The position numbers and the translations under genes are program-made. From the IMG/VR virus record IMGVR_UViG_2565956617_000009: a DNA stretch of 23,227 nucleotides; one strand, given 5' to 3'. Every line of letters starts with the position of its first letter. Position 1 is the first letter of the stretch. The notes beneath the pieces were generated by a model. That model saw nothing but the letters and a program-made list of their open reading frames with translations, made no database searches and was not told where the DNA came from. This DNA is from a virus. Its lineage: Duplodnaviria > Heunggongvirae > Uroviricota > Caudoviricetes. Positions 1 through 8,186 of the stretch are shown piece by piece.

Positions 1-711
1 CGTTGCCGCAAGCGTTTCAGAATCGCTGTTGGTGGCGCTACTGAGCTGAGCAAGCCCTTTTCGCGCTGTGGTGGCGTCCTGTGCAGTGTATTTCCCGTTA
101 GCAAGGTCATAGGCGGTCTTTACTGCTTTTGGCGTTGCGGCCAGTGTTTCAGACGTGCTGTTGGTCGCATTGCTTAACTGAGTAAAACCTTTTGCGGTCA
201 GCGAGGCGTCCGGGTGACGTCGTGACTGTTCATGCTCTGCAATTTTGTCATCAACGTAATCCTGCGTCGCCATCACCGTTGTGGTGTCAATGGTCAGCTC
301 CACTGAGGCCACACTGCTGACGATGATGACCATGCGGCAGGTCTGCGAACGCCCTGAGCCTTCGGCAAGAGCTGGCTTATAGCTTTCGGCCATGTTCGCC
401 ACGGCAATTAACGTTCCCGCATCATCGTACAGGCCAAGCTCCCGCATCCAGAAACCGCCCACCTCCGGCGGAATAACCAGCTCTGCGATAATATAATTAC
501 TGTTTCGTTTGTCCTGGCTGATTTTGTTCAGCGCATGTCGCCAGACTTCATGGATAAGCCCGGTCTGTCCGGCATCCGGGACAGGCAATTTACCACCGCC
601 ATCCCCGACGGCCATCGTGGTAATGTTGACCTTCCGCCCTCCCGGCGCGGTTGCCGCTGCCAGCTTTGCTGCACCGGCAGTGGTGATAACGGTTCTGAAT
701 TTTGTGCTCAT
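1..711 (-). CDS. H: Tail fiber protein gpH, N-terminal portion (gene continues beyond window start)
   Basis: Reverse-complement of 709..711 is ATG and the next codons read S-T-K-F, matching the conserved MSTKF N-terminus of P2-family tail fibers as I recall it. No stop is reached before position 1. Sits directly downstream of gpI as in P2. Not in the ORF track because it is open at the window edge. Confidence 0.75.
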   Translation of the reverse strand, partial: MSTKFRTVITTAGAAKLAAATAPGGRKVNITTMAVGDGGGKLPVPDAGQTGLIHEVWRHALNKISQDKRNSNYIIAELVIPPEVGGFWMRELGLYDDAGTLIAVANMAESYKPALAEGSGRSQTCRMVIIVSSVASVELTIDTTTVMATQDYVDDKIAEHEQSRRHPDASLTAKGFTQLSNATNSTSETLAATPKAVKTAYDLANGKYTAQDATTARKGLAQLSSATNSDSETLAAT

Positions 712-721
712 TATTCCTCAC

Positions 722-1252
722 TTATCCGGGGTAAACCGTAATTACATCGCCGTCATAAGCCACACTACCGGCGAACAGGTAGCCGGGAATGTCCCGGGTA
801 ATGTTCAGGCCAATAAGGTGGCGGCTTGCAGGTTTGGCATCAGCAATCAGCCGTTCCATTTCCTGATACATTGCCTCTGTGATGCCGCTTTCCAGTACAC
901 CAATATCAAGCCGGAAGGTGCCCGGCGGGTCACTGGTTTCCCACCACTCCGTCACGTTGATGAGATAGCCCAGCGGCTCCACCACACGCCGGATTGCACC
1001 TATAGTGCCTTTATGACAGTGGATGAAATAGGCATCGCGAATAACGGCGCGTTTGGTCGCTTCCGGCCACTTTTCATCCCATCTGTCGACCGAAAACGCC
1101 CACGCCAGCCACGGCAGCAGATTTGCCGGGCAGGTGTCCGGGTTCCACAGTTCACGAATACTGACCGGCGTTTTTTCAATTTCCGCACAGGCTTTTGCGG
1201 CGGCGACTTCAAGCGGTGATGAGCCGGTCGGCAGCAGTCGCGAATCACTCAT
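722..1252 (-). CDS. I: Baseplate assembly protein gpI
   Basis: 176-aa ORF, same length as P2 gpI, in the V-W-J-I synteny block. Stop TAA checked at 722..724. Confidence 0.9.
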   Translation of the reverse strand: MSDSRLLPTGSSPLEVAAAKACAEIEKTPVSIRELWNPDTCPANLLPWLAWAFSVDRWDEKWPEATKRAVIRDAYFIHCHKGTIGAIRRVVEPLGYLINVTEWWETSDPPGTFRLDIGVLESGITEAMYQEMERLIADAKPASRHLIGLNITRDIPGYLFAGSVAYDGDVITVYPG

Positions 1253-2153
1253 CCGAGCCTCCGGTCACGACGCGGTATTCGGTACAGAAAGACGCCTGCG
1301 TACTGTTGAGCACGATGTCAGCCAGTGGTGCAGCCAGTTCGACACGCTGCACGCCTTCCACATGCAAAGCGGCATAAATGGCAGACAGACGGATGTCGCG
1401 CCCCAGCCGGTGCTGTGCCGTGATGTACGCTTCCAGTTTTTTCACGGCGGCAGCGCGTATGGGTTCGCTTTCGGGACCAGGGTAAAGGTAAAGCGTGGCG
1501 TTTATCTGGTATTCAACGATGGCGGCAGACTGCACGGTCACGCGGTCGGCCACCGGCCTGACGTCCTCGCCATTCAGGGCGTTACGCACCACCGCCAGCA
1601 GGTCTTCGGATGCGACACCGTTATTCTCACGTGACAGCACAGAGATGGTGACGCAGGCCGGAGACGGACTGGTGACAGAGATATCCGCGACACGCCCGTC
1701 AGCACTGCGACCATGATACTGATAGGCACCCACCGACCCGGCGACGCTTAAACCTTCAAACGCCTGCTGAATACGCAGACGATAATCCGTGTCAGATTCC
1801 ATCACTGCCGGTGTCGGCGGGATGGTCGAATCATCTGCCGGGGTGATAATCAGGCGCGTGGTGTTGTAATTGGCACCAATCACATCAAGGTCATTACCGG
1901 CGGCACAGGCCAGCATCACCGCCCGTGCGGCCTCATTCACACGCTGACGCCAGATAAGCTCACGATAAGCATTTTCCTCCAGCAGTTTGACGAGAGGCTC
2001 AGATTCCAGCGTCAGGGTACGGGCGACCGCCTCCTGCTGGTCTTCCGGGTAAAGGGAAATCAGTGTCGCCTTGCGTTCAGCGAGAATGGTTTCAAAGTCC
2101 AGCTCCTCGACCACATCCGGTGCGGGTAGCTGGTTCAGGTCGATAATCGGCAT
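1245..2153 (-). CDS. J: Baseplate assembly protein gpJ
   Basis: 302-aa ORF, same length as P2 gpJ. Overlaps I by 8 nt as is typical for this operon. Confidence 0.9.
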   Translation of the reverse strand: MPIIDLNQLPAPDVVEELDFETILAERKATLISLYPEDQQEAVARTLTLESEPLVKLLEENAYRELIWRQRVNEAARAVMLACAAGNDLDVIGANYNTTRLIITPADDSTIPPTPAVMESDTDYRLRIQQAFEGLSVAGSVGAYQYHGRSADGRVADISVTSPSPACVTISVLSRENNGVASEDLLAVVRNALNGEDVRPVADRVTVQSAAIVEYQINATLYLYPGPESEPIRAAAVKKLEAYITAQHRLGRDIRLSAIYAALHVEGVQRVELAAPLADIVLNSTQASFCTEYRVVTGGSDE

Positions 2154-2157
2154 GGTT

Positions 2158-2505
2158 TCAACTCACAGGGATGGTTAACGAAAGTGGCTGGCCGGTGTCG
2201 TTGTGCTGACCGGTTAACGTGACCGTCATTCGCCCGTCAAAACTGCGCGCCGTGGTGACGGATGACAGGGTTACGCGGGGTTCCCATTTCAGCACCGCCA
2301 TGTAACAGGCGACCTTAATCTGCAACTCAAGCGCGGGGGTCTGCGGCTGGTCAATCATTGATGCCAGCAACGAGCCGTAATCACGACGCATCACCCGTGA
2401 GCCGACCGGTGTGCGCAGGATATCGCCGATACTCTGGCTGATATGCTCAAGGTCAGTGACAGTCAGGCCATCACTGCGATTCATCCCTAGATAACGCGCT
2501 GTCAT
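2158..2505 (-). CDS. W: Baseplate wedge protein gpW
   Basis: 115-aa ORF, same length as P2 gpW, between V and J. Confidence 0.9.
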   Translation of the reverse strand: MTARYLGMNRSDGLTVTDLEHISQSIGDILRTPVGSRVMRRDYGSLLASMIDQPQTPALELQIKVACYMAVLKWEPRVTLSSVTTARSFDGRMTVTLTGQHNDTGQPLSLTIPVS

Positions 2506-3137
2506 AGAGGACTCCCGGTTTTGCCGCCGCTGTCGCCGGGGTGTTTATGGGTATGCAGTACCTTCCCGTTTGATGAAAGTTCACCGCCGGTGTGTTCAAT
2601 GTTGCCGCGCATCGTCCCGCCCTTCTGCACTTCCAGCGTGCCGGTAATCAGCTTGTTGGTGCAGACCACCTCCGGTGTGTCCAGGGTGACGCGGGTTGAT
2701 GCTTTCACCATGACCACCGGCACCGTGGCAGTAACAGAATCAGAAGCCGTCACGCTGGCCGTTTTAATTCCGCTTACCGTGAGTGCACTGGTTTCAGGTT
2801 CATACTCAATCACCGCCCCGTCAGGGAAACGGATATGCAGGGCATCCGCCGACACCGACGGCGCGGGGTTATCGCCGGAATAAATCCCCGGCAGAACGAA
2901 CGCAGTGTCGAGTTCACCGCCCACGGCCAGAATCAGCACCTGTTCCCCCACGGAAGGTGCCCACCATGTGCGCGAACGCCCGGCGCGATGGGTCAGCCAC
3001 TGAAGCCAGTCGGTGCACATGCCGCCGGTCTGCACACGGCAGCGACCGGCGTTAAGGTCGGTTTCGACGACAAGGCCGGTACGAATCATGTTGCGCAGTG
3101 CGCGCGCGAGTTCCTGAATATTTGCGAGAGTGTTCAT
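2502..3137 (-). CDS. V: Baseplate spike/hub protein gpV
   Basis: ORF 2502..3173; start trimmed to the internal ATG (rc of 3135..3137, MNTLANIQ...) to give 211 aa, the P2 gpV length. Overlaps W by 4 nt. Confidence 0.88.
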   Translation of the reverse strand: MNTLANIQELARALRNMIRTGLVVETDLNAGRCRVQTGGMCTDWLQWLTHRAGRSRTWWAPSVGEQVLILAVGGELDTAFVLPGIYSGDNPAPSVSADALHIRFPDGAVIEYEPETSALTVSGIKTASVTASDSVTATVPVVMVKASTRVTLDTPEVVCTNKLITGTLEVQKGGTMRGNIEHTGGELSSNGKVLHTHKHPGDSGGKTGSPL

Positions 3138-3214
3138 GACGGGAAGGATGCCGCCGGACGATACCAGCAGCAATCATGGAGGACTCTGTCAGCCGTGACA
3201 CAACATAATAAATA

Positions 3215-3970
3215 TTAGTTGTAGCACTTCTCTATAATCTTCATACACTCCTCATGAGCTAAATCATGGCTGTCAAATTCTTTATTAAAAAAGAAGAAAA
3301 ACGCCTTCTTAACCTGAGGCATTTCAATAAAAATAAATTCATCAACCTTATGAAAGAAATGAAAACTCTTGTTTGATGTTTCAAAAACCATCAAAGAATT
3401 ATGTTTTTTATCCTTCCATTTCGACATCAGATTGCGTCGCGATTTTCTTATAATCCTGAAGACATCCTCCGGTGTCGTATCGACATTCCCCCAAAACATT
3501 GCAACCGGGAAGTTTGCAAGGAAAGGGATATAATCCCCCCCTTTATACCTGAGAAAGCGGGTCCGTAAATCCATTAATTGCAACTTAAAGCCCATGTATT
3601 GCAACCACCATATGATGCAATCATATTCATAATCTGTTAACTCATCGCCCCTCTTTTCCGTAAGAAATTTCTTCAGGTTATACTCAAACGCTCCCAGCAA
3701 ATCAGAATTGCACACTCTGCATGCTGGTACAGTGGCTTTGATGTAATGAGTTGACTGATTATTCTTTTTATTAATTAAAAGTTTTTCAGCATTTGACTCA
3801 AAGGCCCACTGAGGAATAATGTGCTCACGAGTAATATCGTCAGAACTCCCGCATAACACACATACATCAGCATTATGGTCAGCAATAATACAATCCATAA
3901 CTTTCTTTTGAGAATGCTTTACTCTTTTTCTCAAAATGGAAAATTTTTTATCCACAAACACCCATCTCAT
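3215..3970 (-). CDS. AT-rich accessory ORF (251 aa) with an HNH-type endonuclease motif, in the S-V slot (P2 orf30 position)
   Basis: Translation contains CVLCG...EHIIPQW...N...CRVCN, a CxxC...(D/E)H...N...CxxC arrangement typical of HNH nucleases. The DNA is visibly AT-rich compared with the flanking tail genes. Start ATG overlaps the S stop codon; same strand as the late operon. Confidence 0.6.
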   Translation of the reverse strand: MRWVFVDKKFSILRKRVKHSQKKVMDCIIADHNADVCVLCGSSDDITREHIIPQWAFESNAEKLLINKKNNQSTHYIKATVPACRVCNSDLLGAFEYNLKKFLTEKRGDELTDYEYDCIIWWLQYMGFKLQLMDLRTRFLRYKGGDYIPFLANFPVAMFWGNVDTTPEDVFRIIRKSRRNLMSKWKDKKHNSLMVFETSNKSFHFFHKVDEFIFIEMPQVKKAFFFFFNKEFDSHDLAHEECMKIIEKCYN

Positions 3971-4425
3971 ATAACATCTTTCGATAGAATCACTAATAAC
4001 TCCTTTTCTATCAATTGTATAGATTCCTTGTCAAAACCTAATAACTCACGAACAGGATATTCCACCACAGCACTATTACGCCCCGGCTTATCCCTAAGCC
4101 CTAATTGATGTACTCTCGCAATTCGTTGTACTCCGCTGGCAAACTCCACCACAGCCGCACTCTCGCTACCTGTTGCTTTCATAAATCGGTTTGTGCGTAA
4201 TTTCGCAAACATTTCCCGCTTTATCCGGCCTTTCTTATTTCGCACTGGCTGGTTTTTTCTCGGTATATACGGCGTACCATCCGGGGCTTTTTGTAATTTA
4301 ATTCGCTGCTGCTGGCGCTGGCGCAGTTTCTTCGCAATATCTACCGCCAGTCGCCGACGCCCTGACGGTGACAGCGATTCAATAAGTCCGGTCAGCCGGT
4401 CTTCAAAACGCTTAAACTCATTCAT
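3967..4425 (-). CDS. S: Tail completion protein gpS
   Basis: 152-aa ORF, close to P2 gpS (about 150 aa), immediately downstream of R. Confidence 0.85.
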   Translation of the reverse strand: MNEFKRFEDRLTGLIESLSPSGRRRLAVDIAKKLRQRQQQRIKLQKAPDGTPYIPRKNQPVRNKKGRIKREMFAKLRTNRFMKATGSESAAVVEFASGVQRIARVHQLGLRDKPGRNSAVVEYPVRELLGFDKESIQLIEKELLVILSKDVI

Positions 4426-4885
4426 CCCACTTGCTCACCAGTTCGCCATTGATATAAAGCTCCACCGGGCGGGTGACCGGCTCCGGCGGCGGAGGTTCCG
4501 GGATATTCTTCACATGCAGTGCGCCGTCCACCTCACTGACCAGCGTGCGCTCGGTCAGCATCAGGCTGATGCTGATATCAAAGCTGCTGTCATTGTTGAT
4601 GTCCGCATAAAACGTGAAGCCCTTTTTCTGGCCTTCGTCGGTGGTCATGATGTCGGGCTGATTTTCCCGCAGCCACGCCAGCACCGGCACGATGAGCAGG
4701 TCAAAATCACCGGTAAAGTCGGTCACAATCACATTGAGCGTGTAACGCTTTTCGAATGACAGCGACGTCGCCAGTGTGGAGGCAATACTCCCGTTATCCA
4801 CGAATATCCGCAGCATCTCGGGGCTGGTTTTCAGCACCGTGACGGCATCAGTCAGTGCCCTGCGCAGGCTGTCGGGTTTGAGCAT
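4418..4885 (-). CDS. R: Tail completion protein gpR
   Basis: 155-aa ORF, same length as P2 gpR, following the lysis cassette. Confidence 0.9.
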   Translation of the reverse strand: MLKPDSLRRALTDAVTVLKTSPEMLRIFVDNGSIASTLATSLSFEKRYTLNVIVTDFTGDFDLLIVPVLAWLRENQPDIMTTDEGQKKGFTFYADINNDSSFDISISLMLTERTLVSEVDGALHVKNIPEPPPPEPVTRPVELYINGELVSKWDE

Positions 4886-5138
4886 CGTTTTCGTCCTGAC
4901 AGTGTTTAATCATTTTTACCTGGCTGGCACAGCGTGCCAGCGCGTTCTCAAGCTGCCGGATATCGGCACTTAAATCGCCGTTCGTCTCCGGGTCACTGCC
5001 CGGCATCGGGCAAAGACTCACTTTCGGGCAGGCGTTGGCGACAATCACTGGCGTCAGTGCAGGCGGGGCGCTGGTGCAACCGGCGCACAGCATCAGGCAG
5101 GTCAGCACCGTACCAGCGGCGAAAATCTTCGTTTTCAT
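4848..5138 (-). CDS. lysC: LysC, outer-membrane lipoprotein spanin (Rz1-like), embedded out of frame in lysB
   Basis: Internal ATG at rc 5136..5138 gives MKTKIFAAGTVLTCLMLCAGC..., a signal peptide with lipobox LCAGC, and a 96-aa product. Lies in a different frame inside the lysB 3' half and runs into the R start, as in P2. Confidence 0.75.
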   Translation of the reverse strand: MKTKIFAAGTVLTCLMLCAGCTSAPPALTPVIVANACPKVSLCPMPGSDPETNGDLSADIRQLENALARCASQVKMIKHCQDENDAQTRQPAQGTD

Positions 5139-5418
5139 TGAGTAATCTCGTGATGGTTTTCTCGCGCTGTGCTTCACGCTTCGCGGCGTTCTCCAGTTCC
5201 TGACGCAGAGCCACCTGCGCCAGCTCGTTTTTGTCTGCCCTGGTGAGCGCAACATGAAGCTGATTTTTCAGCATGGTGATAGTCGTCTGCTGTTCACTGG
5301 CGACGTTGTTCGCCCTGTCCAGCGAGGCGCGCAGGCTGGCATTTTTATGTTTCACCAGAAACAGACCGGCCACCGCCAGTGATAACAACACAACCAGCAC
5401 AGTCATCAGCTTTGACAT
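4993..5418 (-). CDS. lysB: LysB, inner-membrane spanin (Rz-like)
   Basis: 141-aa ORF with an N-terminal hydrophobic segment followed by a charged, coiled-coil-like region; same length and position as P2 LysB. Confidence 0.8.
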   Translation of the reverse strand: MSKLMTVLVVLLSLAVAGLFLVKHKNASLRASLDRANNVASEQQTTITMLKNQLHVALTRADKNELAQVALRQELENAAKREAQREKTITRLLNENEDFRRWYGADLPDAVRRLHQRPACTDASDCRQRLPESESLPDAGQ

Positions 5419-5831
5419 GGTTCCCGCCCCTCAAGACGCTGACGGCAGGCCGTACATATCAGCCGGAAGAACAGCGACGCCACGAGATAAATCAGCGCGG
5501 TAAAAATCCACCCGGCAGCGACCAGCGAGATAAACGTCGCCACCATCACCACCAGAGCCGCTGCCCGCCTGCGCCACGGCACCGGCTGCAAAAACAGCGA
5601 CGTGACAATCTTCACGGCCAGCGATTCCGGTGGCAGCTCCCGCCCGTAGCGTTCCAGCACATACTCCGTGGCATACACGCCGACACCACCGGCAACCACA
5701 CAAATAACCGTCGCCAGAATCGCCCAGGTGGCGACAAAACTGACGGCCACGCTCTGCGGATAAATCAGGGACAGTGCCAGCATCAGCGCCAGCGACACGT
5801 TCAGCATCAGTGAAAGGGATAATTTCTTCAT
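5406..5831 (-). CDS. lysA: LysA, membrane protein of the lysis cassette
   Basis: 141-aa ORF with several hydrophobic segments, between K and lysB as in P2. Confidence 0.8.
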   Translation of the reverse strand: MKKLSLSLMLNVSLALMLALSLIYPQSVAVSFVATWAILATVICVVAGGVGVYATEYVLERYGRELPPESLAVKIVTSLFLQPVPWRRRAAALVVMVATFISLVAAGWIFTALIYLVASLFFRLICTACRQRLEGREPCQS

Positions 5832-5845
5832 GGTGTTTACTCCGT

Positions 5846-6343
5846 TTAAGCCGGTACGCCGCCAGCGGTACGCCAGACGGTGACCAGTTTTTCCAGTGAA
5901 TGCTCACGCTGACCGTAACCGGCACCCGGCAGGGACGCCCAGATATTGCGACAGCGTGAAATGGCGCGCTCAATGCGTCCCGCCCGGATGTCATCCAGTG
6001 CACCGCGTTCGCGGATCAACTGAATGGCGAGCCTGTCCTGTGACAACGGACTGAAATCCGGCAGGGCAAGCTGTTTGCGGTAATGCGGCCAGAACAGGTA
6101 AAGCTGCTGATAGCGACCGGAGGCCGTGGATTTTTCACCGCGACGGTTAAACACCTTCGCCGGTCGGCCATGTGCGAACGGGTGGTCACTGTAGTCGGTG
6201 AAAATTTCCGGCTTCCCGTCCAGTCCGGTGACTATCACGTCATAGCCCCGGTTTTTCGTCAGCGGATGGTTTGCCGTCCCTTCGGACACGGCCAGCATGT
6301 CGAGAAAGGCGGCGATATTCTGATGCGTGTTAATTACCGGCAT
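5846..6343 (-). CDS. K: Endolysin gpK
   Basis: 165-aa ORF, same length as P2 gpK, immediately downstream of holin Y. Confidence 0.9.
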   Translation of the reverse strand: MPVINTHQNIAAFLDMLAVSEGTANHPLTKNRGYDVIVTGLDGKPEIFTDYSDHPFAHGRPAKVFNRRGEKSTASGRYQQLYLFWPHYRKQLALPDFSPLSQDRLAIQLIRERGALDDIRAGRIERAISRCRNIWASLPGAGYGQREHSLEKLVTVWRTAGGVPA

Positions 6344-6624
6344 TACGGTTTCCCCCTGCCCTTAAAGCGGCGCTGAATGGCAATCTCAATCACCTGATAA
6401 CCGGCGATACCCAGCATGGAGCCGATGCCGCACACCGCAGGCAGTGACAGGTCAGGAAACTGCACCAGAACAACACCGGCAACCATCGAGACAAAACCAC
6501 CGAGCAACATGCGCCCGATAAACAGACGCGGGGTGATGGGTTCACCACCGGCAAGCACCTTGCCGACAACAATCAGCACCCCAATCATGAAAAGCGACAG
6601 GACGCTTTTTTCTTCTGCTGTCAT
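6343..6624 (-). CDS. Y: Holin gpY
   Basis: 93-aa ORF with hydrophobic transmembrane stretches, same length as P2 gpY. Confidence 0.85.
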   Translation of the reverse strand: MTAEEKSVLSLFMIGVLIVVGKVLAGGEPITPRLFIGRMLLGGFVSMVAGVVLVQFPDLSLPAVCGIGSMLGIAGYQVIEIAIQRRFKGRGKP

Positions 6625-6627
6625 GCG

Positions 6628-6831
6628 TTACTCCCAAAGATTGACAGTTTCAGCCACGGGCGCGGTCTGAACGTCGGGCAGCTCGACGGCGGTGCCGTGC
6701 GGCAGCACCGCGCCCAGTTCAGCCAGTCCCGGATTTGCGGCGAGCACGGCTTCGACCACGCCCTCAGTGCGCCCGTAATACCGGACACAAATGGCGTCGA
6801 GCGTGTCGCCCTGTAGCGCAAAGGTCTTCAT
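6628..6831 (-). CDS. X: Tail protein gpX
   Basis: ORF trimmed to the ATG at rc 6829..6831 (MKTFALQGDTLDAICVRYYG...) giving 67 aa, the P2 gpX length. Start shares a TGATG overlap with the L stop. Confidence 0.8.
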   Translation of the reverse strand: MKTFALQGDTLDAICVRYYGRTEGVVEAVLAANPGLAELGAVLPHGTAVELPDVQTAPVAETVNLWE

Positions 6832-7340
6832 CAGATTTGACTCACGATGCAGCGCGGCTTGCCCTGGATGCGCGCCACCGCCCAGCGCATATCCCGCCAC
6901 AGCTCATCAATGGTGCTGTCAATGCTGTCAGCCTTCTTGTCGCCTTTCGCACTGGCATCCACGCCGCGATAACGCTCATAAAGCGACGCGGTCGCCATCG
7001 CACACACGGCGCGCTCGTAGTAAAAAACTTTGATGCTTTCACCGTCGATGTCGTCCGCAGGGACGTCCGCCAGACGCGTAAAACCGGCGGCAATTTTCTG
7101 TTCGCGGTACTCGTACAGCTCTGCATTCGTCTCCGCCATGCCTGACTTGATGGCCTCACGCAGACGGGCGGGGGCGACGGTCTGCTCAAGGCGCATACGT
7201 TCCCGGACGCGCTTCGGGGCGATATCGGGAAAAAAGAACGTGTTTTTAATCACCGGCTCGTCGCCTGCCGGTTGCGGGATGACCACCGTACCCTCACCGG
7301 ATACAGGAGCCTCCTTTCGCGGAATAATCAGCGTCATCAT
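6831..7340 (-). CDS. L: Head completion/stabilisation protein gpL
   Basis: ORF trimmed to the double-Met start (rc 7338..7340, MMTLIIPRKEAP...) giving 169 aa, the P2 gpL length. Confidence 0.85.
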   Translation of the reverse strand: MMTLIIPRKEAPVSGEGTVVIPQPAGDEPVIKNTFFFPDIAPKRVRERMRLEQTVAPARLREAIKSGMAETNAELYEYREQKIAAGFTRLADVPADDIDGESIKVFYYERAVCAMATASLYERYRGVDASAKGDKKADSIDSTIDELWRDMRWAVARIQGKPRCIVSQI

Positions 7341-7439
7341 GACTACCTCTGAAAAGTCGGGCGGTGGACGCCGGTGCAGTGTCAGGTGATTCACCGTCAC
7401 TGACCGGCGTGCCGCCCTGGCGCGGGGCGCATTCGGTTG

Positions 7440-8183
7440 TTAACTGGCTTTCTTTTTCGGGCGTCCACGTTTTGCCGGTGTCACGCTCCGGGTCTTACGC
7501 GGGGTACGGGTGGCCGCTTTTGGCTGCGGCTCCGGCTTCGGTTTCAGCTCCCGCTCCAGTCGTTCAATCTCTTTTTTGACGCCTGCCTGACAGTCGAGCT
7601 GTGTCGCACGTTGCAGGTGCGCCAGCGCACCTGCGGCATCACCAGCGTCACGCAGAAACAGACCGGTAATTTTGTGCAGCTTTGCGCGCACTTCATCAGG
7701 CATGTCTGCCGTGGCGGTCAGTTCAAGGGTTTCCGTCAGCAGGCGGGGATCCACAGACTCACCGGCAGCGTGAGCGCGCATGGCCGCGAGCGCCACCTCC
7801 TCGGTGAACATGTACGGCGGGGTGCGACGGTGTTTACCCGGCATGGTCAGACCGTACTTCAGGGCATAGCGGGCAATCTCCAGCGCACCAGCGATATCGC
7901 CGGTATCCAGACGCCACAGCATGACCGTCATCAGAATGTCATCCTGTGCGCCTTTGCCCTGCTCCAGCACGCCGTTCACCCACGGCAACCAGAACGGCAG
8001 CAGTTCGCGTTTTTTCGCGGCCTTCAGCTCTTTTGAATAAATCGCTTTCAGTGTGCGCTGGTCTGCGGCCAGCTTAACCAGCATCTGCTCATAGACAGTT
8101 GCATGTCGCAGCGGGGCGGCTTCCCGCTGCGCGGTCATCGCTGCCGAGACCCGCATCATGTGGCGCTGTGCGGGACTCGTCAT
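7440..8183 (-). CDS. M: Terminase small (endonuclease) subunit gpM
   Basis: 247-aa ORF, same length as P2 gpM, between N and L; basic C-terminal tail. Confidence 0.9.
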   Translation of the reverse strand: MTSPAQRHMMRVSAAMTAQREAAPLRHATVYEQMLVKLAADQRTLKAIYSKELKAAKKRELLPFWLPWVNGVLEQGKGAQDDILMTVMLWRLDTGDIAGALEIARYALKYGLTMPGKHRRTPPYMFTEEVALAAMRAHAAGESVDPRLLTETLELTATADMPDEVRAKLHKITGLFLRDAGDAAGALAHLQRATQLDCQAGVKKEIERLERELKPKPEPQPKAATRTPRKTRSVTPAKRGRPKKKAS

Positions 8184-8186
8184 CAG

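Noticed and set aside
509-1219. 236-aa plus-strand ORF
   Set aside because: It is antisense to the gpH 5' end and gpI, which are well supported by synteny and sequence; its product is low-complexity with no motif.
1053-1634. 193-aa plus-strand ORF
   Set aside because: Antisense to gpI/gpJ; a GC-rich alternative-frame artefact.
2783-3218. Plus-strand ORFs of 90 and 127 aa
   Set aside because: Antisense to gpV; Arg/Pro-rich artefacts typical of GC-rich DNA.
5431-6003. 190-aa minus-strand ORF overlapping lysA and K
   Set aside because: It is in an alternative frame across two genes that match P2 LysA and K in length and position.
6735-7389. Several plus-strand ORFs and a 115-aa minus-strand ORF
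   Set aside because: They are antisense to, or out of frame with, X and L; no independent support.
7437-8036. 199-aa plus-strand ORF
   Set aside because: Antisense to terminase small subunit M.
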